A program made the translations under genes and the position numbers. From assembly GCA_963666425.2 (NCBI GenBank), contig OY762825.2, positions 1,344,001 through 1,408,000 of the forward strand: 64,000 nt of DNA. Reading direction: 5' to 3'. Source of the stretch: Bacillota bacterium. Its GTDB lineage: Bacteria; Bacillota; JAAYKD01. Under the pieces are notes generated by a model. That model saw nothing but the letters and a program-made list of their open reading frames with translations. It did no database searches and was not told where the DNA came from. The stretch's first letter is position 1. The number at the start of each line of letters is the position of its first letter. Below are positions 9,692-19,327 of this stretch, piece by piece.

Positions 9692-9919
9692 TTAGGTTCG
9701 CCAAACAGCCAACACCAACGATGTAATTCCAACTAAGAATCCCAATGCAATGGTGCAGCGTGTTAAAATTACGTCAAAACCTCTTTGTTTGTTTAAAAAC
9801 TGCGCTGCTTGTCCGCCGAACGCTTCGGAAATGCCTTCGCCTTTCGGAGCCTGCAATAAAATGGCTACGATCAAACCGACGCATAAGACAAGATGCACAA
9901 TCATCATAAAAGTCTGCAT
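9692..9919 (-). CDS. secG: Preprotein translocase subunit SecG
   Basis: 75 aa, ILLQAPKGEGISEAFGG...RGFDVILTRCT. Confidence 0.92.
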   Translation of the reverse strand: MQTFMMIVHLVLCVGLIVAILLQAPKGEGISEAFGGQAAQFLNKQRGFDVILTRCTIALGFLVGITSLVLAVWRT

Positions 9920-10036
9920 AACAATACCCGACCCCCTTCTCTGTTCAGTTCGTATAAAATGGATTATAACATGCTCTCAATCTACATTCAAGTGTTAAGC
10001 GCAATCTTTTCGAAAAAATCCGCATCTTTCCCTGCT

Positions 10037-11077
10037 TCAATCACCGCTTTTTTGCATGGCAAAGGGTGTAAAGACAAAGGTACGCTGCATCCAATAGCTG
10101 AAGACCCAGAGGATCGCTTCCACCAAAATTTTACCGACGCTGAGTGGTATACTCCATTGTATCGTAAAAAAGCGTAAGAGCAGGTAATTTGCTGTCAGCA
10201 GAACAATCGCCAGACCGATATAACGCAGCAAAGACGAGCGTGTCGTTGTTCGGTTCTGAAAAACGAACTTACGATTCAACCAATAATTCAAAGCACCGGT
10301 ACAGATGCGCGCCAGGATGACCGACAGCAGCAATTCTCCGGTCCAGGCATGAATCGCCAAAAGCAAGATATAGTCCATTATAGCAGAAAACAGGGAAGCG
10401 GAACTAAACTTGATGATGGGAAGGTAGACACGGATGGAATCCGTAAAGGTATGAAAATGTGAACTATGGTTTTTCTTTTCGTACACTGTTTCAATCTCCA
10501 ATTGATAGAATGGGATATTCTTGGCCGGTGCTTCCAGCAGCATATTCATCTCATATTCAAAACGATCCCCTTTGACGCTCAGCAGCCAAGGCAGCAAGTG
10601 ATCGGCAAAAGCACGCAGCCCGGTTTGCGTATCCTGCAAATAAACACCGCTGGCGGAAGCAAAGACCAGGCGGGTTACTGTATTGCCAAATCGGCTGCGT
10701 AAAGGTACATGCCCCTTAAATTTGCGGACACCTAAAACCAAACAGCTTTGATGAGCGTCCACCGTATCCAGACATAAGAAAATATCTTTGGCTAAATGCT
10801 GCCCGTCTGAATCGGCGCATACCACAGCTGTATATTCAGGATGTGCCAGCAGCCAGGTGAATCCGGTTTTTAAAGCGGCTCCTTTGCCACAATTGCACGC
10901 GTGATGGAGAATGATACTCCCCATCGCTTCTGCCTGATGGAATAAGTCAGCAAAATCAGGTCCGCTGCCGTCATCGACAATCAGAATATTACATTCCGGA
11001 CGCATTTGTTGTAATTCACAAATCAATCTCAGCAAATGGTGATTTGGTTCATAAGACGGAATCAAAACAACTTCCAT
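10037..11077 (-). CDS. Bifunctional GT2 glycosyltransferase / GtrA family protein
   Basis: LIPSYEP, VDDGS, GKGAALKTG, ADSDGQH, DTQTGLR, then 4-TM GtrA domain; GGAGG RBS. Confidence 0.9.
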   Translation of the reverse strand: MEVVLIPSYEPNHHLLRLICELQQMRPECNILIVDDGSGPDFADLFHQAEAMGSIILHHACNCGKGAALKTGFTWLLAHPEYTAVVCADSDGQHLAKDIFLCLDTVDAHQSCLVLGVRKFKGHVPLRSRFGNTVTRLVFASASGVYLQDTQTGLRAFADHLLPWLLSVKGDRFEYEMNMLLEAPAKNIPFYQLEIETVYEKKNHSSHFHTFTDSIRVYLPIIKFSSASLFSAIMDYILLLAIHAWTGELLLSVILARICTGALNYWLNRKFVFQNRTTTRSSLLRYIGLAIVLLTANYLLLRFFTIQWSIPLSVGKILVEAILWVFSYWMQRTFVFTPFAMQKSGD

Positions 11078-11308
11078 CCCATTGACCTCCTTTCCGGAAA
11101 AGCAGTAATTTATTATAACCTGCAAAAAGCAAGCCGTCAAGAATAATGCAGTGAATCGCGCCTTCTACCGGTTAATGTTGGAAATTGTTCATAGGTTTTT
11201 CACTGGAAAACGCAGTGACAGAGAACTTGACACCGCTGCTGTTTCGCTATATGATAAATATACTGTAAGGTGATTACCCTGCAAACTCAAATCATGGGAG
11301 GTTTCTCC

Positions 11309-11872
11309 ATGTCCAAATCCGTTAAAACGTTAACTGAAAGCGCCATGATGCTGTCGCTGGCCCTGCTGCTTTCCTTCTTTGCTGTCTTCCACCTGCCCAA
11401 CGGCGGTGCTGTGACGATTGGCAGTATGATCCCTTTGCTCTTTGTCGCCTTGAAATATAATTGGCGCTGGAGCCTGGTTACTGCCTTTGCTTTTTCCCTG
11501 CTGCAAATGATGGTAGGATTTTACGCTCCTCCCACTCAGGATTTGCTTTCCTTTTTCTTGGTTGTCCTGCTGGATTATGTCCTGGCTTTCAGTGTGCTGG
11601 GTTTTGCCGGCATTCTCTACCAAAAACTCGCTAAGACAATGAAAGAAAACCAACGGCTCGTCCTCGTGATGCTCGTCTGCTTCTTTTTGCGTTTCCTCTG
11701 CCATTTTCTTTCCGGCATTTTGATCTGGAATGCTTATGCGCCGGCAGGCCAACCGGTTTGGCTCTACTCGCTGCTTTACAATGGCTCCTATATGAGCGCG
11801 GAGGCGGTCATTTCTGGCATTTTCCTTTGGCTGGCCGGGCCTCGTTTGCTGGAACGCTTCAAAGCGATTTAA
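11309..11872 (+). CDS. thiT: ECF transporter S component, ThiT family
   Basis: LPNGGAVT, LLDYVLAF, RFLCHFLSG, YSLLYNGSY signatures. Confidence 0.85.
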   Translation: MSKSVKTLTESAMMLSLALLLSFFAVFHLPNGGAVTIGSMIPLLFVALKYNWRWSLVTAFAFSLLQMMVGFYAPPTQDLLSFFLVVLLDYVLAFSVLGFAGILYQKLAKTMKENQRLVLVMLVCFFLRFLCHFLSGILIWNAYAPAGQPVWLYSLLYNGSYMSAEAVISGIFLWLAGPRLLERFKAI

Positions 11873-11993
11873 TCATCTGCTTCTTTTGTACTGACCAACA
11901 GATGCAAGCTCAACAAAAAAACTCCGCTGCCTCTCTCTGCTTTCTAGGCAAAGAGAGGAGCGGAGTTTATTAATGATTGCGTTGCTTTGTGAT

Positions 11994-13235
11994 CTAGAGG
12001 ACACTCTTGCTGACGCCGCTGATTCCGCCTAAGGCCAAGGCCAGCGTATAAATCACCTGTACCCCTTTATAGACATCGGTAGGGTCAAACCATTCGTCGA
12101 CGGTATGTACACCGCCTTCTTTACCGCCGCGGCCCAGACAAACGCCGGGAATTCCCAACGCGACCGGATTGCTGGCATTGGTCGAACCGCCTTGGGCAAA
12201 CTGCGGTTCAAAGCCAAAGTGTTGAATCACCGCGTAGGCAGACTGGACAATTGGAGCCTGTTTGTCCTGCGTCGCCGCGGGAATGTTGACATAATCGACA
12301 AAATCATAGGTAATGGTATCCTTACCCCAGCGAGCGGTTTCTTCCTGACAGGCTTCCTTGATAGCGTTTTTAATTTTCGCTTCCAGCTCTTCCAATTCTT
12401 TTTGACCATTGGAGCGGAAGTTGATTTTTATCGTGCATTCTTTGACAATGGCATGAATGCCGGCGTCGTTGCCGGCGTGGAAATTAGAGACAGCATAGGT
12501 CGTGCGGGGATTGGTTGGAACTGCAATCTCTGCAATTTTAGCAACCGCGCGCGCAGCGGCATGCAGCGGATTGGCTACCAAGCCAAAAGCGCCCATGGCA
12601 TGACCGCCAATGCCGTGAAAATTAACCGCCAAGGTGCGAATACCGGTGGCTTCATAGACAATCCCGCTATTACCGGCGCCGTCAATACTGATACAGCCGC
12701 CCACCTCCGGATGATCTTGTAAAAATTTCTTTAAACCACCTAAACCGCCCATGCCTTCTTCTTCGACCGTGCCCATAAAAACGAAGTCGCTCTCGGTTTC
12801 GATGCCTGCCGCGTTGAAGCCGCGCAGCGCAGCCAGAACATCAATACAGCCGCGGGTGTCATCACAAATACCGGGGCAATAGATTCTGCCGTCTTTATAA
12901 ACAATTTTTTTAGCGGTATTGACAGGGAATACCGTATCCAGATGACCTTCTACCACAATCAGCGGCCCGCTGCCTTTACCGCGCCGATAACCGAAGGCAT
13001 TGCCGTGCGCATCGATCTGTACATCGGTCAGGCCTTCCGCTTGCAGCAATTTGGCAAAATGGGCGGCACGCGTCGCTTCCTGAAAAGTAGGTGCTTCAAT
13101 CAAAACAAGTTCCAGCTGTTGCTCCAACGTATGCTGATCATCCGCTTTGATGAACGCCAAACCTTGCTGCACTTTTTCCTGCTGCAGCAAATTCTGTAAT
13201 TGGCTGGCGATCCGTTCTTCCACTCTGTAATCCAT
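11994..13235 (-). CDS. M20/M25/M40 metallo-hydrolase (paralog 1)
   Basis: EGHLDTVF, GICDD, VEEEG, GGH, HT motifs. Confidence 0.9.
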   Translation of the reverse strand: MDYRVEERIASQLQNLLQQEKVQQGLAFIKADDQHTLEQQLELVLIEAPTFQEATRAAHFAKLLQAEGLTDVQIDAHGNAFGYRRGKGSGPLIVVEGHLDTVFPVNTAKKIVYKDGRIYCPGICDDTRGCIDVLAALRGFNAAGIETESDFVFMGTVEEEGMGGLGGLKKFLQDHPEVGGCISIDGAGNSGIVYEATGIRTLAVNFHGIGGHAMGAFGLVANPLHAAARAVAKIAEIAVPTNPRTTYAVSNFHAGNDAGIHAIVKECTIKINFRSNGQKELEELEAKIKNAIKEACQEETARWGKDTITYDFVDYVNIPAATQDKQAPIVQSAYAVIQHFGFEPQFAQGGSTNASNPVALGIPGVCLGRGGKEGGVHTVDEWFDPTDVYKGVQVIYTLALALGGISGVSKSVL

Positions 13236-13435
13236 CTGAAAACCCTCCTTCAAAATAATCTTCTTAGACCAAGTGATTCTATTATATCATGCCGCACTGC
13301 ACAAAGAAACAGCCCCGTCAGGATCCCATATAAATTCCAAGCAGGCACAGGCAGCCCATCCATTCTTTGGATTGCTGCCGGAGCCTGCTTGATTTCGTTG
13401 ATGGTAAACGCTGCACCTTGGCAGGGGTTTTTAGT

Positions 13436-14761
13436 TTAGGAAAGTTTACCCCAATCCTTTAGATATTGCGCTTTGGTCATGGCCGGCTGAAACTCAAGCT
13501 TGATTCTCAGTCCTTCTTCGGCACCATCCGCCAAAAGGTCGATCACCGTCATGATCAGAGCTTTAGCTGCGCCGAGATAGGCCAGATCCTTGTCCAGAAT
13601 TTCATAATTGGAGCTATGCGGTGTCCCGGCGGAGCCGCCGATATTGGCTTGGATGGTGGGAATCAGATGAGAAACGTCGCCGGCATCGGTCGAACCGGCG
13701 CCGCCTGCCATTTCTTTGATTACTTTCTCCTCACCGAACAAGGTCACTAAATTGGCTGTCATCAAACGCTGTAAATTCTTGTTGACGATGGTTGGCAGAT
13801 AACCGGGTAATTCCGTAATGTTAGTCTGCACGTCGACGGCATAACCACCGGCACGGAAGGCGCGATTGACTTTTTCGCTGGCATTCAGGATTGCCTCCAC
13901 GGTCGTGCCGCGGACATAGGTTTCCACCCGCACATCAGCAGGTACGACATTGACCAAATCGCCGCCTTTGGTGATGATGGGATGAACCCGGATGTGATCT
14001 TCGTCTTTAAAAGTTTCACGTTGGGCATTGACCGCCATTAAGCCGATGTTGGCTGCGTTCAAAGCATTCTTGCCATCGTGCGGGGCTCCGCCGGCATGTG
14101 CTTCTTTACCGACATATTCGATCAGCTTGCCGACAAACCCGTTGCTGCCACCGCCGGGACCCGCTTTGACGGGGCTGGGGGTTTCTCCCTCGGTTGGGAA
14201 ATTATGCTGCATCACCATCAGGTCGATGTCGTCCATCGCACCCAATTGGATAAACTCCTGTTTTCCGCCGAGCAGACTGATTTTTCCTTCTTTGCGCAAT
14301 TGGTTGCGGTAGCCGATTTCCACATATTCCTCGGCGGGAACCGCCATCAGGACGACATCGCCGGAGAGTTCCTCCATGATACCGGTATCCTTTAAGGCGT
14401 AGGCGACACCCACGAGACCGGCGATCATGCAATTATGACCGCAGGAATGGGCTGCTCCGGTTTTGGGATCGGCACAGCGATGTTCGGGAGCCACCACTGC
14501 GTCCATTTCACCCATTACGGCTACTTTAATTTTGCTTTCTTTGCCTTTCCGCGGTGCAATGATCCCGGTGAGGGCAACGCCATCGGTATAGTCATAACCC
14601 AATTCATCAAAGATTTTCTTGATTTTCGCTGCGGTTTTCACTTCTTTATAGCCCAATTCCGGTTCGGCGAAAATAGAATCGCCCAGCTCAATCAGCTCTT
14701 GACGTTTGGCATCGATGGCTGCGCAGGCAGCCTTCTTTAATTCTTCTTTGCTCCTTGCCAT
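13436..14761 (-). CDS. M20D amidohydrolase (ACY1L2/AbgB-like)
   Basis: PELGYKE, GEMDA, HSCGHN, PAEE, AHAG, STDAGDVS. Confidence 0.9.
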   Translation of the reverse strand: MARSKEELKKAACAAIDAKRQELIELGDSIFAEPELGYKEVKTAAKIKKIFDELGYDYTDGVALTGIIAPRKGKESKIKVAVMGEMDAVVAPEHRCADPKTGAAHSCGHNCMIAGLVGVAYALKDTGIMEELSGDVVLMAVPAEEYVEIGYRNQLRKEGKISLLGGKQEFIQLGAMDDIDLMVMQHNFPTEGETPSPVKAGPGGGSNGFVGKLIEYVGKEAHAGGAPHDGKNALNAANIGLMAVNAQRETFKDEDHIRVHPIITKGGDLVNVVPADVRVETYVRGTTVEAILNASEKVNRAFRAGGYAVDVQTNITELPGYLPTIVNKNLQRLMTANLVTLFGEEKVIKEMAGGAGSTDAGDVSHLIPTIQANIGGSAGTPHSSNYEILDKDLAYLGAAKALIMTVIDLLADGAEEGLRIKLEFQPAMTKAQYLKDWGKLS

Positions 14762-14773
14762 TTTGTCCGCTCC

Positions 14774-16015
14774 TTATAATATGGTTTTGCTGACGCCGCT
14801 GATGCCGCCCAGCATTAAGGCTAAGAGTAATACAACCTGCACCCCTTTATAGGCATCGGTCGGATCAAACCATTCGTCTACCGTATGCACGCCGCCGGAA
14901 GTACCGCCGCCGCCAATACAGACGCCGGGAATTCCCATGGCAATCGGATTGCTGGCATTGGTGGAACCGCCCTGCGCGAATTCCGGTTCAAAACCAAGGC
15001 TTTGAATCACGCTGTAAAGAGTCTGCACAATCGGTGCCTTCTGGTCCTGCGTGCCGGCGGGTACGTTGACATAATCAACATAATCGTAAGTAATCGTATC
15101 TTTGCCCCAGCGCGCTGTCTCTTCTTTGCAGGCTTCTTCGATAGCATTTTTAATCTTGGCTTCCAATTCGTTGAGTTCCTTCTGACCATTGGAACGGAAA
15201 TTGATCTTAATGGTGCACTCCTTGACAATCGCGTGGATCCCGGCATCGTTGCCGCCATGGAAATTCGTGACAGCGAAGATGGTTTTTGGATTGGTCGGTA
15301 CCTGCAGATCGGCGATCTTTGCCACGGCACGGGCTGCTGCGTGCAAAGGATTGGCAACCAGACCGAAGGCGCCCATGGCGTGTCCGCCGATGCCATGGAA
15401 ATTAACTGCCATAGTTCGGATCCCGGTGGCTTCATAAACAATGCCATTAGCGCCGGAACCGTCGATACAGATGCAGCCGCCGATTTCTTTGTGATCATTG
15501 AGGAATTTCCTCAAACCCCCCAACGCGCCCATGCCTTCCTCTTCGACCGTGCCCATAAAGATAAAGTCGCTGTCTGTTTCAATTTTCGCCGCATTCATCG
15601 CCCGCAACGCACTTAAGACAGCGGTAATACCACGGGTGTCGTCACAAATACCGGGGCAATAGATCTTACCGTCTTTTTCAATGATCGCTTTGGCAGTATT
15701 CATGGGAAAAACGGTATCCATATGGCCTTCTACCACAATGATCGGTCCAACACCCTTTCCGCGGCGATAACCAAAGGCATTGCCATGGGAATCAATCTGC
15801 ACTTCGGTCAAGCCTTCTGCTTTCAGCAGCTCGGCGAAATAGCTCGCGCGGGTTGCTTCCTGGAAAGTGGGAGCTTCCACCAAGGTCAGCTTTTTTTGTT
15901 CTTCCAGCATGTGCTGATCATCGGCTTCAATAAAAGCCAATCCTTTTTGCACGATCTCTTGTTGTTTTAAGGCAGTCAATTGAGCGGTAATACGGTCTTC
16001 TACCTTATAATCCAT
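14774..16015 (-). CDS. M20/M25/M40 metallo-hydrolase (paralog 2)
   Basis: Same motifs and same 413-aa length as 11994-13235. Confidence 0.9.
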   Translation of the reverse strand: MDYKVEDRITAQLTALKQQEIVQKGLAFIEADDQHMLEEQKKLTLVEAPTFQEATRASYFAELLKAEGLTEVQIDSHGNAFGYRRGKGVGPIIVVEGHMDTVFPMNTAKAIIEKDGKIYCPGICDDTRGITAVLSALRAMNAAKIETDSDFIFMGTVEEEGMGALGGLRKFLNDHKEIGGCICIDGSGANGIVYEATGIRTMAVNFHGIGGHAMGAFGLVANPLHAAARAVAKIADLQVPTNPKTIFAVTNFHGGNDAGIHAIVKECTIKINFRSNGQKELNELEAKIKNAIEEACKEETARWGKDTITYDYVDYVNVPAGTQDQKAPIVQTLYSVIQSLGFEPEFAQGGSTNASNPIAMGIPGVCIGGGGTSGGVHTVDEWFDPTDAYKGVQVVLLLALMLGGISGVSKTIL

Positions 16016-16213
16016 AATAAAACCCTCCTTAAAATTTATTCGGGAATGGAAACAACTTCATTATAGCACATCCCATTTGACAAAGGAACGACCGCAGGTC
16101 AAAAAAATTCGTGATTCTTTAGAATTGCCTGTTTTCAATTTCTTCCGGCATGCACTGCCGGCTGAACCTGCTTGACAGCTCGCTTCAATCGCAAAAAATA
16201 TCTCTGTTTCTAT

Positions 16214-16242
16214 TTGACAAAATCATAAAAATAATATATAAT
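16214..16242 (+). promoter_or_regulatory. Consensus sigma-A promoter
   Basis: TTGACA-N17-TATAAT exact match. Confidence 0.8.
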
Positions 16243-16486
16243 ACAACTGACTAATGGATTAAACTCCATCAGCTTACAAAATATCCTTCAATCCCCTAAA
16301 TTGTCGCTATTGTAAGAAATTATAATTTGAGAAAATATTACTGCTGAATTCAAAAACATTCGTCCCTGTAGTCCCGCGCCTCTATGGTCAGTGGAAAGCG
16401 CCAAAACGCAGCAAATTCCAGTTTCAAACGGCATCGGCAGACTTTTTTTAGAACAGAGCTTAACAAAGAAGAAGGAGGCAAGAGTG

Positions 16487-17011
16487 ATGACAAACGCTGA
16501 AATGCAAAAAACGATGAATTGGCTGCTTGCTCAGCCAACTCCGCTCCAATTCAGGTATTGGTTTGAATGCTCGATGACAAGGCAGGCCGAAGACCGCGCC
16601 TGGGCATATCACACCAGTATGGAAGAAGAAAAAGAAAATTTAGAAACGCTGATCCCCAAATTGCTGCCGCAAGGAATGCATACACGGTCACATTATTTCC
16701 GGGTCGGCGGCCAGGAAGGCAGTGAAAATCAAGGCTTTATCTGGTTCGGTGTCCTACCCGGACTATCAAAAGGATCCATCGCTTTAATTGATATTCTGGT
16801 GGATTCGGATACCCGTGGTCAGGGGCTCGGGCGCTACATGCTAACAGCCATGCTGCAGTCTTTAAAAAAAGAAGGTTATCAAATCGTGATCCTGGAAGTC
16901 CGTCAGGATAACAAAGCGGCGATCGATCTCTATACTTCTCTCGGATTTACGCCGAGCAGAACGGTGGACGGAGTCAATCGGATGCATTTACACTTATCCC
17001 GGATCGAATGA
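16487..17011 (+). CDS. GNAT family N-acetyltransferase
   Basis: RGQGLG acetyl-CoA motif, LEVRQDNKAAIDLYTSLGF; AAGGAGG RBS. Confidence 0.9.
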   Translation: MTNAEMQKTMNWLLAQPTPLQFRYWFECSMTRQAEDRAWAYHTSMEEEKENLETLIPKLLPQGMHTRSHYFRVGGQEGSENQGFIWFGVLPGLSKGSIALIDILVDSDTRGQGLGRYMLTAMLQSLKKEGYQIVILEVRQDNKAAIDLYTSLGFTPSRTVDGVNRMHLHLSRIE

Positions 17012-17133
17012 TTGCTTTTCGAACACAATCCATTACGAAGCATAAGAGTGCCTTTTCCCTTGCCGCTTTGCCCGCTCGGCAGTCAACCGCGCAGCGACTG
17101 GAATCAGGCACTCCGATTCTTCTGTTAAACAGC

Positions 17134-17197
17134 AAAAGCCGGGTATTGCTCTGTCTGCCTGATCCATATAGAGGCAGTAAAGCAATACCCGGCTTTC
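17134..17197. terminator. Long hairpin, probable terminator
   Basis: AAAGCCGGGTATTGCT...AGCAATACCCGGCTTT between convergent genes. Confidence 0.65.
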
Positions 17198-17356
17198 ATG
17201 AATATGTTTTGCCGGTGAAGATGATCCGGCCAGACCGCGCCTGCTCCTGACCTGCTTTGTTTTTAGCGATGCGATAAAGCAGCAAGAACGCCAACAGCTC
17301 GTCAGAGCAGACGGCGTTTTTTTATCTCCAATCTCTTGTGCGAAAAAGACGCTCCT

Positions 17357-17707
17357 CTATTGTTCGGCGTCAACGGAGTGTTCAGCCGGTGTCTGGCCCT
17401 TAGCACTCCCGTCTTTCAGCACAACAAGACGCCAGGTTACGACGCCATCCGGACAGACAAAATCCATGCAGCCGGGTTCTCTGCCACCCAGATTGCGCAG
17501 ATCACCGCCGCTGCGTGCCGCTTCCATGATCGGAAAGGCTTTCAGCATCGTCTTGGAGCAGAGGCCGCCGGGACAGCCGTAGCTGCAATGAAAGCGATCT
17601 CCCGGCTGATGACCGACACGGCAGCGCTGCGGCTGATCATCCGGTGCAAGGTGCAATACTTCCAACCTGAAAGAATACTCCTCCGCATACCAAGCCTGCA
17701 TAGCCAA
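17357..17707 (-). CDS. TIGR04076-like Cys-rich protein
   Basis: CRVGHQPGD, CPGGLC, CPDG pattern. Confidence 0.75.
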   Translation of the reverse strand: MAMQAWYAEEYSFRLEVLHLAPDDQPQRCRVGHQPGDRFHCSYGCPGGLCSKTMLKAFPIMEAARSGGDLRNLGGREPGCMDFVCPDGVVTWRLVVLKDGSAKGQTPAEHSVDAEQ

Positions 17708-17723
17708 TCTCTCCTCTTCATTA

Positions 17724-19163
17724 TTATCTGTATTTCATAATCAATTCATGTTTGACATCCCACAATTTCTGGGAAAGATCAACATAATAATGCTGCGGAT
17801 TGTCAAAACGTTTGACTTCGTCCCAAAGAGTGTCCAACTGCTGCTGACAGTAATCCCGGATCTCGTCGATTTTTGGCAAGCGATAAACACATTGGCCAGC
17901 CAGGAAAATCGGTTTTAAGAGTTCCACCGCCGTATAATTCGTGATGGTTTTGCGTTTCCAAACGGCATCCGGATCGAAAAGCTCCAGAGGAAGACTTTCA
18001 TCGATCACCTCATCGTGCAGACAAATCAGGTCGGCTCCGGCTTTGCCGTTGGCCTTGTCATAGAGCCGATACACTTTTTTATAAGCGGGGTTATTGATTT
18101 TTGCCTGGTTCTCACTGATTTTTATCTTGGGAATGATGGTCCCATCTGCCGCTTCGATGGCGCACAGCTTATAGACACCGCCAAAAACAGGTTCACTTCT
18201 GGAGGTGATCAGGCGTTCGCCAACGCCGAAAGAATCGATGCAGGCTTCCTGGCTGATCAGAGTGCCGATCAGGTATTCGTCCAAAGCATTGGAAGCCACA
18301 ATCTTGCATTGAGGCAGGCCGGCGGCGTCCAACATTTTCCGTGCCATTTTGGTCAGGTAGGCTAAATCGCCGGAATCGATCCGAATGCCGCATTTGCTGA
18401 CGCCTTGCGGCAGTAAAATTTCTTTGAAAGCGCGGATCGCATTGGGCACCCCGCTGTGTAAAACATTATAGGTATCTACCAGGAGTACTGCGTTGCTTGG
18501 ATAACGCTGGCAATAAGTAGCAAACGCTGCATATTCTGTATCGAACATCTGCACCCAGGAATGCGACATCGTACCCAACGCAGGCACATGATACATCTCA
18601 TCCGTTAGGGTGCAGGCAGTGCCGATGCAACCGCCGATATAAGCCGCCCGTGCTCCCAGCACCGCTGCATCGCTGCCGGCGGCGCGGCGCGAACCAAATT
18701 CCATCACCGGTCTGCCTTTGGCTGCCCGGACAATGCGGCTGGCTTTGGTTGCGATCAGCGATTGATGATTGAGAGTCAAGAGTAAAAACGTCTCCACCAG
18801 CTGCGCCTCAATGGCTTTGGCCCGTACGATCACCATCGGTTCGTTGGGAAAAACAGGAGTTCCTTCCGGAATGGCATAGATATCACCGCTGAAATGGAAA
18901 TTGGCCAGATAGGTGAGGAATTCTTCGCTGAAGATTCCCTTATTGCGTAAAAATGCAATATCATTTGCATCAAAATGTAAGTTTTCGATATATTCCACCA
19001 ATTGCTCCAAACCCGCTGTAATGGCAAAGCCTCCCTGGTCGGGAACGCTGCGATAGAATAAATCAAAATAAACGATTCTGTCTGCCATGCCGCTGAGCAA
19101 ATAACCATTGCCCATGGTCAGCTCATAATAATCACAGAGTAAAGATAAATTATCGCGTCTCAC
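17724..19163 (-). CDS. pncB: Nicotinate phosphoribosyltransferase
   Basis: DYYELTM, EFGSRRA, GTMSHSWVQ, LVDTY, RIDSGDL, GGVYKL. Confidence 0.96.
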   Translation of the reverse strand: MRRDNLSLLCDYYELTMGNGYLLSGMADRIVYFDLFYRSVPDQGGFAITAGLEQLVEYIENLHFDANDIAFLRNKGIFSEEFLTYLANFHFSGDIYAIPEGTPVFPNEPMVIVRAKAIEAQLVETFLLLTLNHQSLIATKASRIVRAAKGRPVMEFGSRRAAGSDAAVLGARAAYIGGCIGTACTLTDEMYHVPALGTMSHSWVQMFDTEYAAFATYCQRYPSNAVLLVDTYNVLHSGVPNAIRAFKEILLPQGVSKCGIRIDSGDLAYLTKMARKMLDAAGLPQCKIVASNALDEYLIGTLISQEACIDSFGVGERLITSRSEPVFGGVYKLCAIEAADGTIIPKIKISENQAKINNPAYKKVYRLYDKANGKAGADLICLHDEVIDESLPLELFDPDAVWKRKTITNYTAVELLKPIFLAGQCVYRLPKIDEIRDYCQQQLDTLWDEVKRFDNPQHYYVDLSQKLWDVKHELIMKYR

Positions 19164-19327
19164 TGAATAATCCCCTCTCCACTTAATCAACACCTGTTGC
19201 GTCTGCTATTGTCTTAACTTCGACACTTTATATTTTTTACCTGCTTTGGCTTTGGGCAATTCACTGCAAGCGCAGAGCATCAACCATTTCAGATTGTTTT
19301 CAGCTTGAAGATTTATGATCAGCAGCG

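Noticed and set aside
17008-17250. 80-aa ORF after the GNAT gene
   Set aside because: Runs through a long terminator-like hairpin; no RBS or motifs
16094-17255. 8-bp inverted repeat GCAGGTCA/TGACCTGC around the GNAT gene
   Set aside because: Too short to distinguish from chance; no target duplication or transposase
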